Below, in pieces: positions 9,723 to 20,230 of a DNA stretch of 64,000 bases (position 1 is its first letter; each line of letters begins with the position of its first letter). Source of the DNA: Sphaerodactylus townsendi (Eukaryota); assembly GCF_021028975.2 (NCBI RefSeq), contig NC_059432.1, positions 22,072,001-22,136,000 on the forward strand, written 5' to 3'. The notes below the pieces were generated by a model. It searched no databases. It saw only the letters and a program-made list of their open reading frames with translations, and was not told the DNA's origin. Both the position numbers and the translations under genes were made by a program.

Positions 9723-11844
9723 TTATTGTGGCAGACATTAGCGCTGGGGAGAATGTGCATCTGGAGGAGGTGTGTGGGTGGGCTGGCTGGCTGGTAGCAC
9801 CAATTGCTTGAGAACCCGGTGCTTGAAGGCTGACGTAGCGAAGGTGGTTTTAGCGCATTTGGGCCGCGCACACTGGCCGAGGATATGTCAATGCAGATGG
9901 AGGCGTTATAAGGAGCTGGTTGATTTCAGCGGCGAATGGGTGATTGTGCTGACTTAGCGAGGGAGTTGCATGTAGAAACGCTGCTACGCGGACAGCCTAG
10001 AGTAGAAGCGTTGGGAGAGGCTGCAGAAGAAGTGTTGCTGGGACTGTAGAGGAGGTTTTCCTGGCACAGGAGGAGTGTCAGAGTTTCCGAAGATGCTTTG
10101 AACACACTCGCTTGGCTGAGGAGTGTGTATGGGAAGTTTCAGAGGAATTGGCCCAGTAGTTATTGAGGTACCCTGTCATCAACACATACACGGTTAGCTT
10201 TTTATATATATAGATGGAATGCTCGTCCGAATCTGTCCGAATCAGTGCAGATTCGGTCAAAATCTGGATTCGGACTGTCCGAATCTCCAACCCTAATGGT
10301 GGGAGTACTCTTTGGGAATAATGTTCAAGTACCCATAAGAGCTTGGAGAAGATGACCCTTCGCAGTTGAGGGGAGAGGCAGGTGTATGATGAGATGAAAT
10401 GACAGGTTGAGTTTGGGAAGGGAACAGAAGCAGAAAGATGTGTGTTGGTTAAAGCATCTTGGGATATAGCATCTTTCTCCCTCTGTGGATCTTAGTAATA
10501 CTTGATTCAGTACAAGCAGAGCACAGGTGGGGGACCCACAGCCACTCCCACGGGGCAACAGAATCTGTAGGAGTGGCTGTTGGTCCCCACCTGTGCTCTG
10601 CTTGTATTGAATCAAGTATTACTAAGACACTCTGTCTCCAGTGCTCATTTTCCCAAAGAGAACCAACCCAGGAGGCACTGACTCTGGACCTTTTCACATC
10701 TTGAAGAAGTTTGGTGGGCACAACAGAATAGTTAGCTCCTCACTGAACAGAATGTGTGTGCTCTGCCACATTTTTAATTGCATTCTTTCTCAATAGAAAT
10801 TAACAGCTGGTCAGGTTTGTATTTCACTGTCAATTTTTTCCCCATTGTACTAGTGCAGTTTGCACAAACTATAGATCTGTCAAGACCTGTTCTGTTCTTG
10901 CCATGCTTCCCGGATGGGATATGGTGTCTGCAATCCTGGATTGTTTTTTTTAACTGTTCTGTTTCTTAGATTCACTTTTGCTTTCCACTTCTTTGCATTG
11001 CTATACTAACTGTGGGCTTCAAGGATGGAGGGGTTAGATTGCTCAGCAGTGGGAGGGGCCCTACAGAGCTGTACATCTTGGGGATTTGGGTGCCAAAAGG
11101 CAGTCTTGACTTTGTCAAAGATTCTTACCATGTTGCATTCCTGGGACCTGTCATTCAATAAAAAGGGTTTCATTATTAAATGAGTCTGATTATTGGACAG
11201 CCTAAGGCAACAACAAGATAGCATATTTATTTAAAACATCCAGGTCCCACAGATTCAGTAAAACATTTTCAAGGCAGCTTGCATCATTACTAGAACAATA
11301 AAACCAATAAAAAAATCTAACAGTTAAAACCAGCAGCATAAAATTAGCAAGGATTATTAAAATAAACAGCAGCAATAAAATAAATATTTAAAAATACAGC
11401 AGTGGCAAGTTTATCCTCTCTTTTGTCCTACTTTTACCTTATTTTGATATTTATAAAAAATGTTTTGCAGTTATATTGCTCTTGTTTTTTTGCTTAACAT
11501 TTGAAATCCTATGAGAAATTTATGAGGTGAACTTTGCTGGTAGCCAGATGTCTTTGCATCTGCCAGAGGACTGACATGTAAAATAGTGGATTTAATGGAT
11601 TAAAGGATGCCCTGGTGTTGCTATTCTAGTCTTCTTGGTCAGATTATATACCTCAATCAGTTATCATAATTGCTCAAGGCAACTGAATTATTATGCCGTT
11701 GCTAAGTAACCTTGGTCCAGGATTCTGGATAATTCCTCATCTTTCCTCATAATACGTTAATATGAACCCTTACATTAAGTATGGTTCATATGTTGGCTTG
11801 CATTTATCTGCAGGTTCAGAACAAGTCAAATGGACGAAACTGAT

Positions 11845-12062
11845 GGTGGTGGAAAGGGCAATCAAGTTGCAGCTGACTTATGGCAACCCCATAAGGTTTT
11901 CAAGGCCAGAGACGTTCAGAAGTGGTTTGCCTTTGCCTGCCTCTGCTTTATGACTCTGGACTTTCTTGGTGGTTTCCCATCCAAATACTAACTAGGGCTG
12001 ACCCTGCTTAGCAATCAAGATCTGACAAGATTGGGCTGGCCTGGACCATCCAGACCAGGGCT
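11845..12062 (-). mobile_element. 5S rRNA-derived SINE
   Basis: Reverse complement contains GCTAAGCAGGGTCAGCCCTAGTTAGTATTTGGATGGGAAACC, matching the 5S rRNA internal promoter region, followed by a non-5S tail. Confidence 0.8.
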
Positions 12063-14857
12063 GGGAGGGTTTATTAGGACAAGATTAAAAATAACTTTTG
12101 GTTCTGGCAAAGGAGGCACCAGAGGCCAAGTATAATGTCCAAAGCCCAAGACAACCATGTGATTCGATTATTTAGAAATACTTTTGGAGAGGTTCCCCCA
12201 ATGTGTTGGTTGGTCCTGAGAATCACATGAAGTGCTTTAGAGGAACCTTTCTGTCTTCCCTTCCTAGTACAGCCATCTCTATCCCTTTAAATTGTTTCCC
12301 CTGGGCATTAGTGCACCCTGGGAACAGTGTGCGGGAGTAAAGTTGGGGTCTTTTGTAAAAGGAAATTTGTAAAAGGAATTCTCTTCTGGGGATGGAAATT
12401 GTTTCTTTGTGGGGAGGGGGAGGTTAAGATCAAAGCCACAACTCAGGAATAATTGCAAGCCATCTTTTTATGTGACAAGGAAATTTGCAATTTGAGGCAG
12501 GTTTCCAAAGTATGAGTTAGAAAATTGGCTTTGATCTCAAGGCAGTGTTGAGTCAACTTACAAGTTTACTATTTTTGCTGATCACCTTTGAATAAAGAAA
12601 AGGGCCAGCAAATGCTTCAACATTCAAAACCCATTGCCTAGGGATATGGTTAATTTCTCCTAACTGTGAAGTCATTACCTTTTCAAGGACCTGGAGGGTT
12701 AGGGAAAGGCATGACTGATTACAAAAAAGCCCCTAACAATTGATCTTAATTTAGAACAGTGTTCATTTTTGTTCAGCATTTACATAAAAGACTGCAGAAT
12801 CTACATTCTGTGCAAGGGGACCATATGAATATAATATAATTCCAGTTTTCAGATTCTCTGGTGTGTATGCAATAGGTTTTGGTGATAAAATAAATATAGT
12901 AGTCTGAAATGAATCTGAGACACCAAATGAGCTGTGCATAACATTTTTTTAAAAAAATGCGCTAAATGGGTTTTAGTGTAACTGAAAGCATTTACAGAGT
13001 TTGTTAGTGGTATAACAGCTACAATTAGGAAGAAAATCAAAGTATGCAAATCAGGCACATTTGTGCCTGTTTGCTTACTTCGTGTAAGTTATTCTGCTTG
13101 TGATGGACTGTAGGAGGAATATATGCAGGAATTACTCTTTAGTAGCAGGAAATTTTGCTCAGTGCCCCTTTGTTTTTCTTCATTTTTATGCAACAGAATA
13201 GAGACCATTTTGCGTAGGTGGCTGTTGTAGGCCTTTTTCAAATGTTTTATGAAACATCTTCTTGAAATAGAGAAGTGAATGCAGTTTTCCTCACACCATA
13301 GACACTCTGTAGTAAGTAAATGAGCATTCTGCATTCACAGATGACTGATTATGTTCTTGCCCTCCCGAAAACAGGGGTGGTGGTGGTCATAGTGAGGAGT
13401 ATACGTGAGTTGGATCTCATGTTTGACCATCCTGCATTGCTAAAGATCTGTGTAGCATGCCTGTGACAACACCTGTGTGGTGAGAAGAAAGACTTCTGCC
13501 CCATTGCTGTAGACAGACTCCATTTTAGTAAATGTTCAGACTGGGCTGTAAGTCAAGTGATACCTTTTCAGGATAGAGATTGTGTGAATGTCTGAAATGT
13601 TTCAGGTGTCTTCTGTATTGTGTATCAGCATCCAGGGGGAATTTCCTTGTATGTGCACCCAAGTGGGAGAAGGGAAACAGTATTCTGCTGGGGGTGGGAT
13701 ATGTGTTATTTATGTACCCTGCGACCTTCATTTCAGCACCTGAAGAGTCCATGGTGAGTAGGGGGAATTGCCTCTTTCAGTTTAAGTAGGGCATCTCATA
13801 GCACTATTGTGAATACGTGAGCGCACAACTAAAAACTCTCCAGAAATTCTTGGACTGGCAATAATCAACTGTAGTAACCATCCAGAAACCAACTTCAAGT
13901 TTCTCCTTCTACAAAGGCCTTTATAATAAATGGGCCTTATACGGGCATCTGTAAAGTAGAGGCATAATACCTCCTAAGGGATATCATTCTGTACAAATGG
14001 GCAGCCCATGAGGAGACTCTACTCCATAAGGTCTAACCCCTTAAGAAGATATCTGAAGCAAGCCTTAGACAAAGGCCTGAAAAGATTCATGTGAGTTCAT
14101 ATGGGGAGAGGCAGTATCTAAGTTTTGAGAGTGATCTTGTCCATCTGAGCAGCAGCAAAGGCAATTCAAAGTTGTGATGGGCTTAGAGGGCATATCATCA
14201 GTCTTTCAAAAAGCAGCATAAAATCAGTGTTCCTCTTTTGTGTGGTGCCTAGTAAAATGACTTGAAGAACTGATGACAGCTGCTCCTTCCATGAGATTTG
14301 TTACTTTCTTTGAGATCCTCCATCCCACTGGTGCAGCATCAGGCCCTGTCACTTTCTGTAACACATGTTCCTCTGTGCACTGAAGGGGGTGATTAAAAGT
14401 CTATTTGTAAATACATGCAAAGTAGGTTTTCACTGGGTATTTGAAGGTTTTTTCAGAACATCTTGACAAGCATTCTGTTGTTCGCTTTATGTAATTGTCA
14501 GTACACGTCTAGAAATCCAAGCAATGTAAATTGAGGTTTTCTCTCTTGGCTTAGAAATTCCCCAGCTCCTTTCATTCTTAATTCTTTCCACCCCTTGGAA
14601 TTACAGTTTTAGAGTCTGCAAAAAGTAAATAAAAACTAGGTCTGGTATTTAAGATATGCATTGCTTCAAATGGTAAATGTAGGCACGTATTAAAGAGAGA
14701 AATACAATATCTCAAGTAATACATGTGTTACTGCTTCTGTAAGTCTGAGCTCACGTGGTATTGTTTTCACAATAAATTCAGTTTTTAATTGTAAGTGGAA
14801 CCTCAGTTATCACAAGATAATCACCACATACGCTGTGTATTGAGCTATTGCGGTTTC

Positions 14858-15012
14858 TGTTGTTAAGAGGGTGACGTCAGCTGAGAGTGTTATATTTAAA
14901 TGACTGCATGTGTAGTTTCTCTCTCTCAGCATCTCAGCCTGATGTATCACTGTGGAAGCTGTCTGTGTAAATAAACCTTGTTTTTACCTTATTGCTCACC
15001 TGATGATTGAGA
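14858..15012 (+). promoter_or_regulatory. LTR-like or promoter-like module (CRE, TATA, poly(A) signal)
   Basis: TGACGTCA at 14872-14879, TATATTTAAA at 14891-14900, AATAAA at 14970-14975, in U3-R order. Confidence 0.35.
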
Positions 15013-15439
15013 CATAGCTGTTGGAATTTTCAGCCTTGTCTGCATGCAGCAGGAGCAAAGCAGCAGGGAATTATGGGAAGCTGCATGAACATTCTAAAGG
15101 TGACAGTTTAAAAAAAACATTGGTGGTGTTCTGTTCCCTCACTCACTTCCCCCTGACTGACTGACTAAGTGAAAAGATGTTCTCTGTGCTTTGTAAACCA
15201 AATGCTATGTAAAAGTGCTCTGACAAAGATATTGTATCACAACCAAACTGTAACAATGAGCCATGCATGTAACTATATATTTGTGATACTTTGTTGATAT
15301 ATATATTTTCTCTCTCAGTTAAGTAAAGTTCTCCTTATGCTTATGAACTTCTGAGGTAAAACGGCTGGTCTTTTGAGAGATAACTATTCTAATTTAACAT
15401 GCCGCACAATCCACATTTCTGCTCGTTACTTTGCTTGAT

Positions 15440-16595
15440 AGGATTATATATTGATTGATTGATATTTAATTTATATACTGCCCTCCCCCGGAGGGCTCAG
15501 GGTGGTGCACAACATAATAAACAATAACATGATAATACATAACCAAAAAGCTAAACATAATAATAGTACCAATTCCAGTAACCCCCCAACCCAAAAGTTC
15601 AGTCAGTAGTACAATCAGGTTAACAATTCAGAACAAAATAATCAACTTATAACAACCCACATTAATATAACATTTTCTAGTGACTGCATAATAATAAGTA
15701 CAAAACACAATAATTGACATAACATTCCATATAACGTTTCGTAACAGCAACAATATGATAATTACCTAACAACAATAGCATAACATTACACAAAACATAT
15801 CATGACAATATGATAATGTCAGAACAGTAACAGCATAACATTTCACAGTAAATTAACAGTAATACAAGAACAGCTACAGTATAACATAATATCTAACTAC
15901 AGTTCCCCAACAACCCAACCTACAATAAACCTTGCTGCATAACAAATAACCAAACAATGTAACCTGACATAGTATAAATTGGAAAAGATAGATGGTGACT
16001 TCTTAGTAGTTCCATACTCCAGAAACCTTACCAAAATGACCTAAACAACAACATCAATCCTTCGTACACTACCAACCCCAATTTAGCGAATACAGATTAG
16101 TCTGTCTCTAATTCTCATATCACTAACTAAACTTTACAGTGACATTCTACTCATCTAAGGGCCCTAATACTTTGAATAATGAAAAATAATGTCCGAATCC
16201 ACAATGTCATGCATAGCAGGATCTAGCGTAAGTACCAGCATCTTTACAGGGCCGCCGCCATGTTCTTAAGAGGCCCCATTCTGCAATAGGGGACTCTCCA
16301 ATGTTTTGCAGGTGAAAAACTCTCGGAAGTTTATTCTGGGGGCTCTGCCACTGCCCCCTCACTGCTCTCTGGTATTTAATGGGCGAAAGACTCCCAAAAG
16401 TTTTGTGGCCAAAAGACTCACAAAAGTTTGTTCTGGGGGCTCTGCCACCACCACCCCACACTGCCATACTCCAGGCTCTGTTAGCAGGGGCTGCCATGTC
16501 ACAAAGGGGTCCCTGCCACTGACCCCCTTCTCCATCCAGACATCCTCCGAAATAGGCGGATGTCGCAGCCCCCCCAACTTCACCAATATACCTGT
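15440..16595 (-). mobile_element. LINE 3' end with long AT/AC-rich 3' region inserted into the copia LTR
   Basis: Tail plus TATA(C/T)(C/T)GCCCTCCCCCGGAGGGCTCAGGG motif shared with 17131-17290 and 50410-50700. The right boundary is approximate. Confidence 0.55.
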
Positions 16596-16784
16596 TGCCC
16601 TTCAAGTTATGGGCCCAGCTGTACCCAGCTGTGCATTGTGTAGCCAAGTGAAACACAATCTGACCAGACTAACAAAAGCCAGCCAGATACAGGTTTTAAC
16701 TGAGAGAAATATAAAAGCTGCAATAAGACTGAATTTTAAAAGACAATCATAATGTTTCTTGTAGAGGTCAAAACAAAGGGAACT

Positions 16785-18545
16785 ATGCAACCAATTCCCA
16801 TACTATCTACAAGTAATTATCAACAGTGGAGAAAAAGAGTAATTGTGTCTTTAAAGGCAGAACAATGTTATAAATGTATTGAAAGTCCTAAGCCTGGCCA
16901 AAGTGAAGAAGAAATTAGAAAGTGGGAATTACAGGATGCAGTTGCTACTAAAATAATTTATGCATGTTTAGATGATACTCAGTTAATATATGTATATGAA
17001 TGTGAAACTGCAAAAGAACTGTTAAAGAGAATAGAAAATACATTTTCTCAGAGTAGTTACAAAACACAGAATAGATTGATTAAAGAACTAGTGAAAATTA
17101 GATTAGAAGAAAGAGAAACCTGTGAAAATATATTTTATTTTTATTTATTTATAATTAGTTTTCTATACTGCCCCTCCCCCGAAGGGCTCTGGGCAGTACA
17201 CAACACAAATACAACAACAACAGATGGAGCACACAAATAACAGATTATAAAATAAACAATATAAGCTCCATTAACCATAACACTAACCCATTTACTATTG
17301 ACAGTATTTGATCAACTAAAGTTAACAGGACTAGAATTTAATGAACAACAGAAAATTGACTTTTTAATGGGAACACTTGGTGAAAGATTTGATGCATTTG
17401 GCTTAGTCTTAGAGGGAAAAGAACGTTTAACTCTCAATGAAGCTATTTCAAAACTCAGTCAAGAATGTGAGATGATTGAGAGATCAGATCTCTGTAAGAG
17501 ATTGAATCAAAAGGATTCAAATTATACTGTAAAACAATACAGTACAGGGAGAAATAAATTTAGAAGTCAAGCACCAAGATGCCTTAATTGTGGAAAATAT
17601 TGTCATATTGCTAGAAACTGTAAAGAGAAATGATTTAGTAATCAATATGATAAATATGTAAAAAGAAAGATAGAGATAAATAATGATTCAAAACGAAGTC
17701 AGAGCAAACATAAGAATTTCAGAGAGCATTCACAAAATGCCCTATAGTATGAGAAGGGGCTTACAATAAGAAAAAAATAGTTTGAATTCTGAAAAATGGA
17801 TTATTGATAGCGGATGCACAAGTCATAGGAGTAACTCAGAAAAAATCTTTAAAACTATTAACAAAAGTGTAAATGGAACACTCCAGACAGCAAATGGTGA
17901 AAGCATGAAAATACAAGGATCTGGGAGTGGATGTCTAAAGTGTAATTTACCACAGGAGACTGTTGAGCATAATGTTAGTAATGTGTTGTATCTACCAGAA
18001 TTAGATTGTAATACGCTAAGCTCTAGATAAGAAAGGGTTTGCTGTACACTTTGAAAAAGGTAAATGTACTGTGTCTAAGAACATTGTACTGTATGCACAA
18101 GCATTTGAAAACAATGGTCTGTACAAACTAAGTATATCAGAACCATATGTAAACAAAGCTCAAATGTGCACAGAGAAAAATACTTTGGCACAGAAGACTT
18201 GGCCATAGGAATACAAAAGCAATATATGAATTACAGAGCAAGGGCTTTGCTACAGGAATCGAAATAAATCTACATGACCAGGATAAAACAACAAAATGCA
18301 TACACTGTGTTACAATGAAAGGAGTTTGACCTTTTAAACCAAGAACAGAAAAGAGGAACACTAGAGCACTGGACATTATACATACTGATATCTGTGGACT
18401 TTTTAATGTACCATCACTGGGAGGAAGCAGATATGCCCTAATATTTGTTGATGATTTTTCGAGGTACTGTGTGACGTACGTACTGAAGGAAAAGGTCCAG
18501 TTGAATGAGATGCTTAAGAAGTATATTGCCATGGTGGACGTCGGT
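16785..18545 (+). pseudogene. Copia gag-pol pseudogene (gag, zinc knuckle, protease, integrase N-terminal half)
   Basis: NYQQWRKRV...ETAKELLKRIENTF (copia gag), CLNCGKYCHIARNC (CCHC knuckle), WIIDSGCTSH (protease), LWHRRLGH (pre-integrase), IIHTDICG...SRYALIFVDDFSRY (integrase core); several stops and frameshifts. Confidence 0.9.
17131..17290 (-). mobile_element. Short LINE 3' fragment inserted in copia gag
   Basis: T-rich tail followed by CTGCCCCTCCCCCGAAGGGCTCTGGGCAG; gag homology stops before it and resumes after ~17295. Confidence 0.6.
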
Positions 18546-18785
18546 TGACAATCTTTCTCAAGGAAAAGTATATCTCTACTCGAACAGACCACAGGTTTAC
18601 ATGGACGCCGGTCTCCAAGGTTGGGGTGCCACACTGGATTGTCATGTAGTTCACGGGAAGTGGTCCCCGTCGCTCAGCCGACTACCGATCAATCTGCTGG
18701 AAACTCACACCATCCATCTGGCCCTGCTGCTCTTCAAGGACATAATCAAATACTGCCATGTTCTTGTATGAACAGACAATGTGTC
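18546..18785 (+). mobile_element. DIRS1-like retrotransposon RNase H fragment
   Basis: VYMDAGLQGWGA...GKWS...LPINLLE...IHLALLLF...HVLV*TDN matches the DIRS RNase H pattern TDAS-x2-GWGA / IN-x-LEL / TDN. Confidence 0.8.
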
Positions 18786-19840
18786 AGGAAGGGTTTGAGA
18801 GAAGCATTGTGCAATCCGATTCAGAGGGAGTCAAGTCCGGACATAATTCTTTCTCCTTATGGTGCACTGAGCCAATGCAAGGAATGGGCTCCCTATTTTG
18901 GCACTGCACTGCTAGGGACCACAAGGGTTGGCTGAAGTGGAAAAGATGCCACTGTCTTCCAAACCGTTGGTCAGTCTGGCAACAGCATTACTCTGTTTCC
19001 ATTGGCTTCAGCATTTTTTAAAAATTGTTTTGGCTTTTTTCTAATGCCTATTAAAGATTTCTGAAATCTGAAATCAGACAAGAGATGTTCCGCTAGGGTT
19101 TTTTTACAGTTATATTGAACACTTTCAGAACATTTGTAAACCAAATTCACCTGTTTGATATCATTGTATTTGTAGCAGAATGGAAGGTTGGCCTTTTTAC
19201 AGGAAACTACCTAACTGTGTGTGTATGTATGAGTAGTGATACATAGAAAACACTTTGGCTAGGATGTAGGAAAGGCAAAGAACTGAACTCCAAAGGCCTG
19301 TGCCTGCAGTGGTATTGTGCAGTTCTTAAATTCCCTGGCCTGTGTCTGCAGTAGCCTTGAGGAAGTATTTTACTTTTTAAAAGGAAGGGTTAGTCTCCTG
19401 TTTTTCTTCTTTTATGAACACATAACAGAGAACTTTCCCATTGGCATGCCAGACAGGGTATCAAATGGAGTACTCTCGGCTAATTAGGCCTTTTGGAGTG
19501 GTGGCGCTGTCCATCAAAAGAGCTCGGGCAGCATTAAACATTCTGCACAGCTGGCTGCTGACCTTCTTCCACTGCTATTCGTCTTCTAAGATAGACAATC
19601 TGGCCAGAGTGCTGTTTCTAGCTGACACAAGTGGTGTTTACTTTTACTGAGGGGAAACTAGGAATTTCCATGTCAATCTTGGTCCTGAAGTACACTTTTT
19701 TTGTTTTGTTTTTATAGTACCGTTGCCTTCTTTTGTTCTGTAATGTTAAAATGTGCCAGTATTTTGTGACGGCAAGACAAGAATGAGGTGAAATGAACCC
19801 AGAGATGGGAATGGGAAATGACCTCTCTTTCAAGAAGTTC

Positions 19841-20230
19841 TAGTGGTGGGATCCAAAAATTTTAGCAACAGGTTCCCATGGTGGTGGGATTCAAACTGTG
19901 GCGTAGCGCCAATGGGGCTGGGCGGGGCATGATGGGGCGTGACCAGGCATTCCGGGGCGGGGCATTCCTGGCTAGGGCTGTGGCAAGGACGCAGCCACTG
20001 CGCCGGTCCTTGGGCGGGAAATGAATGTACGCAGGCGCAGGCTGCCACGCATGCCGGTGCACCTCCTGCTAGACTGCTTCAAGTTCTGCGCGCTACTGCT
20101 GAGAGGAGGGGCATAACTAAGGCAAAAATCACGTGGCAAAATCACCAATTAGTAACCCCCTCTCGGCACACACAAATAATTAGTAACCTACTCTCGGGAA
20201 CCTGTGAGAACCTGCTGGATCCCACCTCTG
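19841..20230. mobile_element. hAT-like MITE
   Basis: TIR TAGTGGTGGGATCC / GGATCCCACCTCTG; GC-rich interior; no clear TSD. Confidence 0.65.

Larger units (their letters stand above)
6354..10214 (-). mobile_element. Helitron (non-autonomous deletion derivative)
   Basis: Minus strand starts TCTATATATATAAAAAGC (10214 down) after an A; 3' hairpin GCCAC-8nt-GTGGC at 6367-6384; terminus reads ATAG (CTAG in the copy at 41222) followed by T; contains a RepHel remnant. Confidence 0.88.
3562..10295. mobile_element. hAT-type non-autonomous composite element with nested cargo
   Basis: TIR TAGGGTTGG (3562-3570) / CCAACCCTA (10287-10295); perfect 8-bp TSD ATGGTGGG at 3554-3561 and 10296-10303; clustered subterminal ATTCGG/CCGAAT motifs at both ends. 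8-bp TSDs are characteristic of hAT. Confidence 0.9.
15019..18545 (+). mobile_element. Decayed Ty1/copia LTR retrotransposon, 3'-truncated, with two LINE-tail insertions
   Basis: Putative 5' LTR starting TGTTGGAAT (15019); PBS AGTTATGGGCCCAGC (16605-16619); gag, protease and integrase motifs in copia order. Confidence 0.8.

Noticed and set aside
11960-12062. 5S rRNA genes (also 22050-22130)
   Set aside because: Partial, diverged and fused to SINE tails; these are 5S-derived SINEs.
13730-13760. Possible micro-exon ttcag|CACCTGAAGAGTCCATG|gtgagt
   Set aside because: Good splice-like signals but only 17 nt, with no recognisable protein and no partner exons; needs RNA-seq.
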